64,000 nucleotides of DNA from Octopus sinensis (taxonomy: Eukaryota). The position numbers and the translations under genes were made by a program. Positions 1-10,604 of the stretch are shown in pieces; the first letter of the stretch is position 1, and each line of letters begins with the position of its first letter. The notes beneath the pieces are model-generated. The model worked only from the letters and a program-made list of their open reading frames with translations. It ran no database searches and was not told where the DNA came from. Location: positions 62,124,001 to 62,188,000 of the forward strand of contig NC_043010.1 in the NCBI RefSeq assembly GCF_006345805.1, given 5' to 3'.

Positions 1-984
1 TTAGAGATCCATCGAAGAACACACACAGGTGAGAAACCGTTCCAGTGTGATTTGTGTCCGCAGAGATTTGCTCGGAAAGATACCCGTGCAATTCACCGTC
101 GAATCCACACCGGGGAGAAGCCATTTAGCTGCAATATCTGTGGAGAGAGATATGCTCAGCGTGAGAGGTTACGTATACATACACACATCCACACAGGAGA
201 GAAACCTTACCAATGTGATTTTTGCCCCAAACAGTTCTTTCAAAAAAGCACGCTGACAATACACAGGCGCTGCCACACCAACGAAAGACCTTTGTTTCAA
301 TGTGACGTTTGTTTCAAGGAATTTGTCCAGCGGGATTATTTAACCGTTCACAAACGCATCCATACTGGCGAGAAGCCATATCATTGTGATATTTGCCTCC
401 AAAAGTTCTCCCGCCGAGACACTTTATCGACACACAGGAAAACTCACTCCGGCACGAAGGAGTTTCAGTGTGAAATCTGCTACAAGAAATTTGCCAACAA
501 AGATTATCTGCGAGTTCACCAGCGGACCCACACGGGAGAGAAGCCTTTCCATTGTGAAATATGTTTGAAAAAATTCGCTCGCAGGGACTACCTTCAGGTT
601 CACAAGAGATCCCACACCGGGGAGAAACCTTTCCAGTGTGACATCTGCTTCAAACAGTTTGCACAGAAAGACTACCTTTTGGTGCATCGAAGGACCCACA
701 CGGGGGAGAAGCCTTACCACTGTGATATGTGTAGTCAGAGGTTTGCTCGGCGAGATTCTTTGCAGAGGCATAAAAAGACTCACCAGCACATCGGAGGGTT
801 TGTGAAAATCAAAGAGAATTATTTGGACACAGACGACACAAACGACACGATCGAGACGTCTCCTCCTCCCCCGCCGCCGCCCCCTCCGCCTCCTTCACAT
901 CCACTTCCGGCCCCTGCACATCAGTTAGCCACAACTAGCAACACAGATGAGTTTCCTCCAGTCAGTAAATACTTGTGGTTGTGA
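1..984 (+). CDS. C2H2 zinc-finger protein, 3' part (5' end outside window): 1 partial + 9 complete fingers, acidic stretch, poly-Pro tail
   Basis: Frame 1 is open from base 1 (LEIHRRTHTGEKPFQCDLC...) to TGA 982-984; repeated CxxC-x12-HxxxH with TGEKP linkers. The ORF-track start at 52 is an internal TTG, not the true start. Confidence 0.97.
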   Translation, partial: LEIHRRTHTGEKPFQCDLCPQRFARKDTRAIHRRIHTGEKPFSCNICGERYAQRERLRIHTHIHTGEKPYQCDFCPKQFFQKSTLTIHRRCHTNERPLFQCDVCFKEFVQRDYLTVHKRIHTGEKPYHCDICLQKFSRRDTLSTHRKTHSGTKEFQCEICYKKFANKDYLRVHQRTHTGEKPFHCEICLKKFARRDYLQVHKRSHTGEKPFQCDICFKQFAQKDYLLVHRRTHTGEKPYHCDMCSQRFARRDSLQRHKKTHQHIGGFVKIKENYLDTDDTNDTIETSPPPPPPPPPPPSHPLPAPAHQLATTSNTDEFPPVSKYLWL

Positions 985-1800
985 AAGAGAAAAACATTTT
1001 AATAACTGGACCAACCAACCAGAGCCCCTGAACAATTTTCATTGCTGAACACTCAAACAACTTTGGTACTTTTATTAGGGGACAAATATTAATCCTAAGT
1101 TGTAAAACTATCTTTGACCCCTTTTTTTTTTCAGTCAATTTTGATTTTTCTCTCCACCAGATTTTGTCTTGCAACAAAAGAGGGCAAGCCTGTTTTTAAC
1201 AACTTTTTTTTCCTTCCGGAATGTTCTCTCTAATTCTCATGGCCCTCTTTTTATTTACTCAGCACCAAAACTGACCTAATTCTTGTCCCTTTATTTTCAT
1301 ACAATCTTGTTACATCCATTACGATTTTTTTTTTCCATGCTAGCATGGGTGGGATGGCGCTACAAATTTACATTCTTACATGAATTGTTGGAGAAAATGA
1401 TGTACTGTTTATTGCCCTTCCTGATATCAAGCAGTCAATCATGAAATAAATGATGGTAACACAGCTAAAAATGGACGTCTGTGTGGGTACTTTCAAGAAC
1501 AGGGTACCGTGCTTTAATAACAAGCTTCTATACCCTTCAGTGTCAAGTTTGGAGTTTAAAAGGAAAGAGACTGTAGAAGTAGTGGCTATATAATGGAATA
1601 GGATGGTGTTCCAATACCGCAGTTCTTTAGCGTGGAGTGAATTGAAGATTGAAGTCTGCTTTAAAAGATGGAAACACTGACTCAGAAAGAAAAGGAAAAA
1701 AATGTCACAGCAGACACTGATTCGTTACCTGTAAATAAATAAATGGACACATTCTTATTCATTATATCTCTGTGTGTGTATACATATATACATACATATA

Positions 1801-1843
<43 letters not shown>

Positions 1844-1855
1844 TATATATATTTT

Positions 1856-1886
<31 letters not shown>

Positions 1887-1916
1887 ACATATATATATGT
1901 GTATATATATATATAT

Positions 1917-1983
<67 letters not shown>

Positions 1984-2340
1984 TATATATACATAGATAT
2001 ACACACACACATACATATATGTATATACACATACATATATCTCTGTGTGTGTATATATATAAAGACATACATATACATATGTGTGTATGTATATATATAT
2101 ATATATGTATGAATTTATAAATGTATGTGTGTATGATTTATTTGTGCATGCACATGTATTATATAAAACGTGTGTGTGCTTGTGTGTATGTGTGCGCTTG
2201 TGAGTGTGTGTGTGTGTGTGTGTTCATATACAGCCCCCAAAACAAATGAACTGCCAGTTTTTAAGTTTTTAACATTTGAAATGTTAAATAAAAATATTCT
2301 AAGTTTTTCACTGAAGCATGTTTACAATATTTGAGTTTTT
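985..2340 (+). other. Putative 3' UTR of the + strand ZNF gene
   Basis: Unique U-rich sequence after the stop; AATAAA at 1445-1450, ~1734 and 2287-2292, the last followed by T-rich downstream sequence. True end not determinable. Confidence 0.5.
1770..2225. repeat. Compound (TA)n/(CA)n/(TG)n microsatellite
   Basis: Directly visible; source of YIYIY pseudo-ORFs. Confidence 0.97.
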
Positions 2341-2580
2341 TACTGATGTCTTACAAAGTATATAACTGATGAAGGCGGATGGTTTGTTGTTGTTGTTGTT
2401 GTTGTTGTTGAGGTGATGATGATGACAGCAGTGATGAGGACGAGAGGGAAGGTCAATGATGATGATGAGGATGGCATGAGATTGATGGTGATGATGACAA
2501 TGATGACGACAGGAGCAGGTCTGATGGTAATGTTATTGGGAATGCTGACGATGGTGGGGTGGTGAGGGTGATGTTATTAA

Positions 2581-2973
2581 GAAGGCGGCGAGCTGGCAGA
2601 AATGTTAGCAGGCTGGGCGAAATGCTTAGCGGTATTTCATCTGCCGCTTCGTTCTGAGTTCAAATTCCGCCGAGGTCGACTTTGCCTTTCATCCTTTCGG
2701 GGTCGATTAAATAAGTACCAGTTACTTGGGTCGATATGATCGACTTAATCCGTTTGTCTCCTCTATGTTTAGCCCCTTGTGGGTAGTAAAGAAATAGTTA
2801 TTAAGAGAGGTGATGATGATGATGATGGGTTCAAATTCCGCCGAGGTCGACTTTGCCTTTCATCCTTTCGGGGTCGATTAAATAAGTACCAGTTACTGGG
2901 GTCGATATGATTGACTTAATCCGTTTGTTTGTCCCCTCTATCTTTAGCCCCTTGTGGGTAGTAAAGAAATAGG
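2581..2973 (+). mobile_element. SINE family D (tRNA-like head, Nin/Deu-like domain), full copy plus tandem partial duplicate
   Basis: aaggcggcgagctggcagaa... head, B-box gagttcaaattcc, then gccgaggtcgactttgcctttcatcctttcggggtcga; more than 10 copies in window. Domain name from memory. Confidence 0.85.
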
Positions 2974-3224
2974 CATTAAGAGGGGTGACGATGATGATGA
3001 TGGGTGTTGTAAGAAAGAGTTCAATTTCTCACCTGTGTTCTCGCCTGTTGATGACAAAATGATAGAACGTGGTAGTGCGTGTGTCTCTCCTTTCAACTAC
3101 CACCACCACCACCGCCAACAACATCAAAACTAATGTATTAATCACCAGCAACGACCTAAGGGAACAATGAATTCTTCACGGATTGAAAAAAACAGAAGTG
3201 GTGGGGCCATTTTACTTAGCACCA

Positions 3225-3415
3225 GCTGGACCCCAGATCGAACAGATCTATCATCAAAGACACTCCATCCTCGACCACCCCATCGTATATCTATGTCATT
3301 GAAATAGTGTTGAACATTACAAACCCAGTGGGCTGTCATTTGGAAGAGATTTAGTTGCTATTTCTAGCAGTACATGCGACTTTCTGTGCCCCACCATAGA
3401 TGCTCCCTGTTGGCT
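3225..3415 (+). mobile_element. Old interspersed repeat family E
   Basis: gatcgagcagacctatgatcaaag...gagatttggttgctatttctagcag motif recurs at 43470-43690, 45783-46205, 46360-46545 and in fragments near 18.3-18.6 kb. Confidence 0.65.
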
Positions 3416-3705
3416 CAATGAAGGGAGATGTAAGGGGTGAAGGTGGTAGGGGAAGGAAGGGGTGCAGAGAAAAAAGGAAAGAAACAACAAAAGCATTTCT
3501 GTCTCACCCCATCCCTTACACTCCAGGTTTCTCTAGGAAAATGAGCAGTTTTGGGTACCCTTGTCAGCTGATGGGTCTCAGGTGTTTGTAGTTGTGGGGT
3601 AAATGCTTTCAGAGATTACAACTTTGTGTGTGTACATTGGTTTCTGTTTCTCGAAAAGTTTGTTACCTTAGGAATGTTGATTTTGCTTTTCCTGTCAACA
3701 AAGTA

Positions 3706-4110
3706 GCAGGAGTGGCTGTGTGGTAAGTAGCTTGTTTACCAACCACATGGTTCCGGGTTCAGTCCCACTGCGTGGCACCTTGCGCAAGTGCCTTCTACTA
3801 TAGCCTCGGGCCGACCAAAGCCTTGTGAGTGGATTTGGTAGATGGAAACTGAAAGAAGCCCTTCGTATATATGTATATATATATATGTGTTTTTGTGTCT
3901 GTGTGTGTCCCCCTAGCATTGCTTGACAACCGATGCTGGTGTGTTTATGTCCCCGTTACTTAGCAGTTCGGCAAAAGAGATCGATAGAATAAGTACTGGG
4001 CTTACAAAAGAATAAGTCCCGGGGTCGAGTTGCTCGATTAAAGGCGGTGCTCCAGCATGGCCGCAGTCAAATGACTGAAACAAGAAAAAGAGAAGAAAAA
4101 AAAGAGAAAT
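3706..4110 (+). mobile_element. SINE family A (tRNA-derived head, CORE-like accttgggcaagt segment, internal TA/TG microsatellite)
   Basis: A-box tggctgtgtgg, B-box ggttcagtccc, A-rich tail; about 20 full or partial copies in window. Confidence 0.92.
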
Positions 4111-4289
4111 CATCCACTTTGTGTCTTTGAAACTATGTAACCAAGGTTTGTGACTGGAAGAGCATCAACCTGTGAAGCAATGCCCCAAATAACATATTCA
4201 TCTAATCCATTCTAGCAGGACACCTATCCCTGCCCTTCTCTAATCTTTCATCAACTGGCACAAAGCCACCATTACTCCCTCCTCCCAAC

Positions 4290-4556
4290 TGAGGGTTTTT
4301 GGTCTTGCAAGTTCCATGGTGACCCTGTCAGTGCTGGTGCCATGTAAAAAGCACTGATGCTGGCTCCACATTGTAGGTTCTGGTGTTAGTGCCTTGTAAA
4401 AAGCTCTGCAAAGTAGTTGGCTTTAGGAAGGGCAACCAGCTGTAGAGATCATGCTGAAGTGGATAATTGGTTCCTGGTGAGGACCCTGGCCTTGCTAGCT
4501 CCTGTCAAACCATCCAGCCCATGCCAGCATGGAAAAATGGATGATGACGATGACAA
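4290..4556 (+). mobile_element. SINE-like family C, diverged copy with (GAT)n tail
   Basis: ttaggaagggca(t)ccagctgtag ... ccatgccagcatggaaaa ... gatgatgac. Confidence 0.8.
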
Positions 4557-4613
4557 CAAACCATGTTGAAAATGTATGCATGCATTTTTTTGATAGTAGT
4601 ATATACAGGCACA

Positions 4614-5044
4614 AGGCGGCAAGCTGGCAGACACGTTAGCACACCGGACGAAATACTCAGCAGTATTTCGTCTGCCGCTACATTCTGAGTTCAAATTCCA
4701 CCGAGGTCGACTTTCCCTTTCATCCTTTTGGGGTCGATAAATTAAGTACCAGTTACACACTGGGGTTGATGTAATCAACTTAATCCCGTTGTTTGTCCCC
4801 TCTGTGTGTAGCCCGTTGTGAGTAGTAAAGAAATAGGCGTTTCGTCTGGGGTCGATATAATCAACTTAATCCCGTTGTCTGTCCTTGTTTGTCCCCAGTG
4901 CATAACTGGTGCTTAATTTGTCGACCCCGAAAGGATGAAAGGCAAAGGCGACCTCGGTGGAATTTGAACTCAGAACTTAACGGCAGACGAAATACGGCTA
5001 CGCATTTCGCCCGGAGTGCTAACGATTCTGCCAGCTTGCCGCCT
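4614..5044. mobile_element. Two family D SINEs in inverted (tail-to-tail) orientation
   Basis: + copy 4614-4890 followed by - copy 4895-5044. Confidence 0.85.
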
Positions 5045-5363
5045 TTATATATAATATGTTCGTTTGTTTCCATCTTCATTAAAAAATTTTCAAGGGTAAA
5101 TTTTTAAGAAACCTCATGCTGTATTGCAATCTGTATAATTTCTGACATACATTTTATGTTGCGCTAAGAAGCAGTGAATGGTAGAAGAATTTTCAGCCTG
5201 AGTCAAATGTAACAGACTACTCCAAAAGCCATTGTTAGAATGTCCCCATAAATGGATCGTAGCCTGGCCAGCTGGTACTGGTGTCGAATCATATTAGTTG
5301 TAATAATGAAGCCAAACCAATTAGTGATGTTTTCAGATCATTTAATGCATATAGTTCAGGTTT

Positions 5364-5755
5364 AGGAGTGGCTGTGTGGTAAGTAGCTTGCTAACCAGCC
5401 ACATGGTTCCGGGTTCAGTCCCACTGCGTGGCATCTTGGGCAAGTGTCTTCTGCTATAGCCCCGGGCCGACCAATGCCTTGTGAGTGGATTTGGTAGACG
5501 GAAACTGAAAGAAGCCTGTCGTATATATGTATATATATGTATGGGTGTGTGTGTATATGTTTGTGTTTGTCCCCCTAGCATTGCTTGACAACCAATGCTG
5601 GTGTGTTTACGTCCCCGTCACTTAGCGGTTCGGCAAAAGAGACCGATAGAATAAGTACTGGGCTTACAAAGAATAAGTCCCGGGGTCGATTTTCTCGACT
5701 AAAGGCGGTGCTCCAGCATGGCCGCAGTCAAATGACTGAAACAAGTAAAGAGAGT
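5364..5755 (+). mobile_element. SINE family A, full length
   Basis: Near-identical to 12259-12646. Confidence 0.93.
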
Positions 5756-5857
5756 ATATAATAGGACAAGCATCCATTACATAAATCTTCCTCAGTTAAA
5801 GCATTTCAAAGAAAAGAGATTATATATATATGTATATATATAATGTGGGTTTATGTG

Positions 5858-6015
5858 GGTGCAGGAGTAGCTGTGTGGTAAGAAGCTTGCTTCCCAACCA
5901 CATGGTCTCGTGTTCAGTCCCACTGCGTGGCACCTTGGAAAAATGTCTTCTACTATAGTTTAACGGTGGTGCATCAGCATGGTCGCAGCTCTGAGCTGAA
6001 ACTAGAAAAAAAAAG
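5858..6015 (+). mobile_element. SINE family A, internally deleted
   Basis: Head to cttctactatag joined directly to the 3' segment cagcatggtcgcag. Confidence 0.8.
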
Positions 6016-6030
6016 TATATATATATATAT

Positions 6031-6505
6031 ATAATACAAAATGGGATAAGAATGCAAAACATCCAGATAGACGATACAAAGAAAAAAGGACGGGTTGTTT
6101 GGAGTTTTCTTTCCTCAGTTGAGTTCCAGATTATGTTTGCAATTTCAGCTGGTTATACTTGACATTGCTCCAATCTGGCCAGCCCCAAGGAAAAACTAAG
6201 CTAAAAGCATTAGATTCCTTGGAAGAAAGCAGCGAATGTATATGAAAACATGGACGGAAAAAAACAGAGAACGTTACACAAATACAAATAACATGCCATA
6301 ACAACAGGTGTCTTTCGACTAAGGATGACTTAATTAAGCTGGTGTGTGTAGAAGTAAAGCCTTATGGCGGAACTTGACTGAGGATAGAAGACTTCGAATG
6401 AGCCGTCGTTGTTTTCTTTGTATCGTCTGTCTGGATGTTTTGTTGTCCCTTTTTTTGTATCACCTAACTGTCTGGATGTTTTGCATTCTGGTCCCATTTT
6501 GTATT
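6031..6505. mobile_element. Non-coding element with ~100-bp imperfect inverted ends (Penelope-like non-autonomous candidate)
   Basis: 6031-6127 is the reverse complement of parts of 6370-6505 (aatacaaaatggga..gaatgcaaaacatccaga / tctggatgttttgcattc..tcccattttgtatt); embedded in (TA)n. Confidence 0.6.
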
Positions 6506-6564
6506 TTATATATATATAGTTGTGTACGTACACTTTGGTCTATATATATATATAGATATATATA

Positions 6565-6742
6565 TAGTAAGAATTTACAAAAAAACAAAAGACAAAGACG
6601 GGTGTGTAAACAACAAACAGATGTATTAGTTGAACGCTCAGGAAGTGTGAAAGTCTTTTATGTTTCAAGCCTACGCTCTTCGACAGAAAGGAACACAGAA
6701 ATAAACAGAGAGAAAATAGAAAACGGTTTAGTGGCTAGCGAT
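6565..6742 (-). mobile_element. Penelope-like terminal fragment with decayed minimal hammerhead (6655-6690)
   Basis: Minus strand CUUU-CUGUCGA-A-GAGC-GUAG-GCUU-GAAAC-AUA-AAAG; homologous layout to 59174-59342. Confidence 0.65.
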
Positions 6743-6750
6743 GTATATAC

Positions 6751-6822
<72 letters not shown>

Positions 6823-6863
6823 ATATATATATGTATATATTTATAGATATATGTATATACATA

Positions 6864-6935
<72 letters not shown>

Positions 6936-6974
6936 TACATATATATATATATATACATACATACATACATATAC

Positions 6975-7250
6975 CTCCATCAACTATTCTGCCTATATGC
7001 CTGTGCACACCTTTGAATGCAGTGTATGCCAAAAGGTTTGCAAATCTAATGGAGGCCTGAAAAGATATTTTAAGATCCACAAAGATCAGAACCTGCCTGC
7101 AGCTCTTGGTGGTCCAAATCGAAGGTGCAATCTATGTGGGTGTCTTTTCAATACATTGTCTGGTTTAAAAAGCCACATCAGATGCCATGATGGTGGTGAG
7201 GTGTAGGTACAGGAGGTGGTCAAACTCTGCATAAGGAGTAGACACCCACC
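6975..7250 (+). mobile_element. 5'-truncated RTE-like LINE 3' end encoding two C-terminal C2H2-type fingers
   Basis: [23 protein letters not shown] and RCNLCGCLFNTLSGLKSHIRCH, stop at 7204-7206, ~45-nt tail; no TGEKP linkers; inserted in (TA)n. The C..C...C.S..GL.SH pattern is typical of RTE ORF C-termini. Confidence 0.65.
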
Positions 7251-7259
7251 ATATATATG

Positions 7260-7551
7260 TCACTGTGACCGACCAGGCTATCAGATGTTGCTACACATCG
7301 CTGGTCACAATGCACTTCGCATTGTTTTAGCCTTCAAACGACGCCACCCCGCTGGCTAAGCGAGCAGGCCAATAGAAGAAAGAGTGAGAGAAATTTGGGG
7401 TGAAAGAGTACAGCAGGGATCACCACCATCCCTTGCTGGAGCCTTGTGGAGCTTTAGGTATATTTTGCTCAATAAACACTCACAATGCCCGGTCTGGGAA
7501 TTGAAATCGCGATCCAACGACGGTGAGTCCACTGGGCCATTGCGCCTCCAC
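7260..7551 (-). mobile_element. SINE family B (tRNA head gtggaggcgcaatggcccagtgg), tail type 1
   Basis: Head and body shared with 24462-24834 and 26136-26453; tail shared with 38100-38215. Confidence 0.85.
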
Positions 7552-7576
7552 ACACACATACACATATATATATATA

Positions 7577-7999
7577 TTCTTTTTTCTTTTCTTTTATTCT
7601 TTTACTTGTTTCAGTCATTTGACTGCGGCCATGCTGGAGCATCGCCTTTAGTCGAACAACTTGACCCCGGGACTTATTCTTTTTGTAAGCCCAGTACTTA
7701 TTCTATCGGGCTCTTTTTTGCCGAACCGCTAAGTGACGGGGACGTAAACACACCAGCATCGGTTGTCAAGCAATGCTAGGGGAACAAACACAGACATACA
7801 AACACACACACATACATATATATATATACATATATACGACAGGCTTCTTTCAGTTTCCGTCTACCAAATTCACTCACAAGGCATTAGTCAGCCCGGGGCT
7901 ATAGCAGAAGATACTTGCCCAAGATGCCACGCAGTGGGACTGAACCCGGAACCATGTGGTTGGTTAGCAAGCTACTTACCACACAGCCACTCCTGCGCC
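7577..7999 (-). mobile_element. SINE family A, full length
   Basis: Reverse complement of the family A consensus. Confidence 0.93.
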
Positions 8000-8072
8000 T
8001 ATATGTATATATATATATATACACAAGACATCATGAAAAAGAATGGAGAATTATACACCCCCAAAAACCTGT

Positions 8073-8360
8073 TTATTATGGTAGTATTCACAATACATTC
8101 ACATGAAATCCCTGTCCAACACGTGTTTCTGCTGCTTAGGTGTCCTAATGTCCCTTGGAGTAAGAGTTCACAAACAACCTGCACCGGTATAACCTTGAAT
8201 AAAGCTGCTTAGATCCGTATACCTTCGATGTACATGTACTGCAACTGAAACCACTGGATGCACATAAGTGCTACATTATTGGACATTAGGATGTCCATGC
8301 AGCAGAAACACATGTTGGACGGAAATTTAATGTGGATGTATAATGAATAACAGTGTAATA
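8073..8360. repeat. Imperfect inverted repeat (arms 8073-8153 / 8281-8360) around a 127-nt spacer
   Basis: gtccaacacgtgtttctgctgc..tcctaatgtcc pairs with ggacattagga..gcagcagaaacacatgttggac. Confidence 0.85.
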
Positions 8361-8758
8361 GGCGCAGGAGTGGCTGTGTGGTAAGTAGTTTGCAAACCAA
8401 CCACATGGTTTCGGGTTCAGTCCCACTGCGTGGCATCTTGGGCAAGTATCTTCTGCTATAGCCACAGGCCGACAAATGCTTTGTGAGTGGATTTGGTAGA
8501 CAGAAACTGAAAGAAGCCCGTCGTTTATATGTATATATATATATATGTATGTGTGTGTTTATGTGTCTGTGTTTGTCCAACTAGTATCGCTTGACAACCG
8601 ATGCTGGTGTGTTTACGTCCCCGCCACTTAGCGGTTTGGCAAAAGAGACCGATAGAATAAGTACTGGGCTTACAAAGAATAAGTCCTGGGGTCAATTTGC
8701 TCAACTAAAGGCAGTGCTCCAGCATGGCCGCAGTCAAATGACTGAAACAAGTAAAAGA
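8361..8758 (+). mobile_element. SINE family A, full length
   Basis: Starts ggcgcaggagtggctgtgtgg, ends tgaaacaagtaaaaga. Confidence 0.93.
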
Positions 8759-8771
8759 TATATATATATAT

Positions 8772-9372
8772 GTGACCATAACCTGTGGCCTATGCCAGTG
8801 GTGTATAACCAGCCCACTTATGAGTACCTTTCATTCATTGGACAATGAACTTAGTTTGTGAAGACCTGTTGAGGCAAGTGAAATCAAAATCACTGACGTG
8901 GCCGATGATAGTACAGCCTGATTGACCTTTGCGACAGTGGAACGTTAAAACCACCATCCAAGTGTGATCGTTGCCAGGGCCGCTGATTGGCTCCCATGCC
9001 GCTGGCATGTAAAAAGCACCATTCGAGCGTGATCATTGTCAGCATTGCCTTCCTGGCACGTGCCAGGAAGGCACAACATTTGAGCGTGGTCATTGCCAGT
9101 GCCGCCAGACTGGATCCCATGCAGGTGGCCCATGAAAAACACCTTTTGAGAATGGTTGTTGCCAGAACTACCTGACTGGCTCTCGTGCTGGTCGCACGTA
9201 AAGGCATCCACTACACTCTCAGAGTGGTTGGCATTAGGAAGGGCATCCAGCTGTAGAAACTTTGCCAGATCGATATTGGAACCTGGTGCAGCCTCCTGGC
9301 TTGCCAGTACTCAGTCAAACCGTCCAACCCATGCGAGCATGGAAAATAAAAGTTAAACAATGATGATGATGA
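8772..9372 (+). mobile_element. Family C long copy with internal tandem units and (GAT)n tail
   Basis: 5' segment aagacctgttgaggcaagtgaaatc shared with 56835-57290; repeated gcacgtaaaaagcacc units; 3' aggaagggcatccagctgtag domain. Confidence 0.88.
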
Positions 9373-9510
9373 TATACATGAATATGTATATATGTATGTA
9401 TATATATATACATATTGTTATATTTCGGAATGGTCATTTTGCCAGTTTAACCAATAAATGTATATATATACATACATATATATATATACACACACACATA
9501 TATGTATGTG

Positions 9511-9543
<33 letters not shown>

Positions 9544-10159
9544 ATGTATATGTAGATGCATGTATATGTGTGTATAGATATTTATACATATATGTATGAA
9601 TGTGTATATATATATATACATACATACATCATATATATATATATAATGTATGTATACAAATGTAAATGCTGCACACAAACTTAAATAATAATGTATGTAA
9701 CATTTTACAAATCCTCTTTGTATTTTGTTTCAAATTTTTCTCTTCTAAAAACTATATTTTATAGACATAGGTTTGACAAGAAATAATCGTATTATTCAGT
9801 AGAAATGCTTCACGTTCAGTTTGATTTCAGGGCAGAGCTTTACACACATTTAACTGTATCAAAAGGTAAAAGAACAGCCTGTTATCATTATCGTTTCATA
9901 CATCTTTTATCTGTCTCTGTTTTATGAAATATTTTGAATAAATCATTGAAAAATCAATGTTTAATAATGGGGAAAACATTGGCTATAAAAACATGGCTTT
10001 TGTAATCGACCTTTAGGTAGAGAAATATGTGCAGAGGTGTTGATGATGGAAACTGAAGCTGAACATTAAACTACTTAACCATGTACATTCAATTGTCTTT
10101 TACAGGAAACAGGCTTATGGTTCAATTCTCTCTCCCTCTCTTTCTCTTTCTCCCCATAT

Positions 10160-10435
10160 GTTTATTTATCTGTCTGTCTATCTATCTCTCTATATATCTA
10201 TCTATCTACCTACCTACCTATCTATCTGTCTCTCTCTCTCTATCTACCTACCTACCTATCTATGTATTTGTTTGTCTGTCTCTCTCTCTCTCTACCTACC
10301 TATCTATCTATCTATCAATCTATCTATCTATCTACCTACCTATCTATCTATAATCTATATCTATATCTACATATATACATACACACAGATCAGTATGTCT
10401 GTTAGTATATACTATATATATATATATATATATAA
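10160..10435. repeat. (CTAT)n/(CTAC)n/(CT)n/(TA)n microsatellite
   Basis: Directly visible. Confidence 0.95.
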
Positions 10436-10604
10436 CTTGATATGATCGGTCTTTTAAATAACGATCTTATCCTTATTTAATATATCAATATATATATAAA
10501 TAAATTTTTAAATGAATTGATCTGTGCAATGCCGTTCAACAACAAAAGCTCTCCATCTGGCGAGAGTAAAATATTGTTTTTTATGATCACCTCGCATGTA
10601 TAAA

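Noticed and set aside
1743-2120. Long Y/I/C/V/M/H-rich ORFs here and at 6.7-7.0, 9.4-9.7, 40.3-41.2, 46.8-47.1 and 61.2-61.8 kb
   Set aside because: Translations of (TA)n/(TG)n/(TATG)n microsatellites, which lack stop codons in some frames.
2365-2385. CTGATGA as a hammerhead core or snoRNA box in the 3' UTR
   Set aside because: No stem II, GAAA or stem I partner nearby.
3695-4113. Recurring peptides such as PRSGTEPGTMWLVSKLLTTQP, FQSFDCGHAGAPP, RPRKDERQSRPR and FLQLDALPNANHS
   Set aside because: Translations of SINE families A, C and D, not a gene family.
6344-7060. 238-aa ORF
   Set aside because: Runs across three unrelated repeats and a (TA)n tract; no coherent domain.
8930-9210. CRISPR-like repeat-spacer array
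   Set aside because: Units are internal tandem repeats of family C with homologous, not unique, spacers; eukaryotic context, no cas genes.
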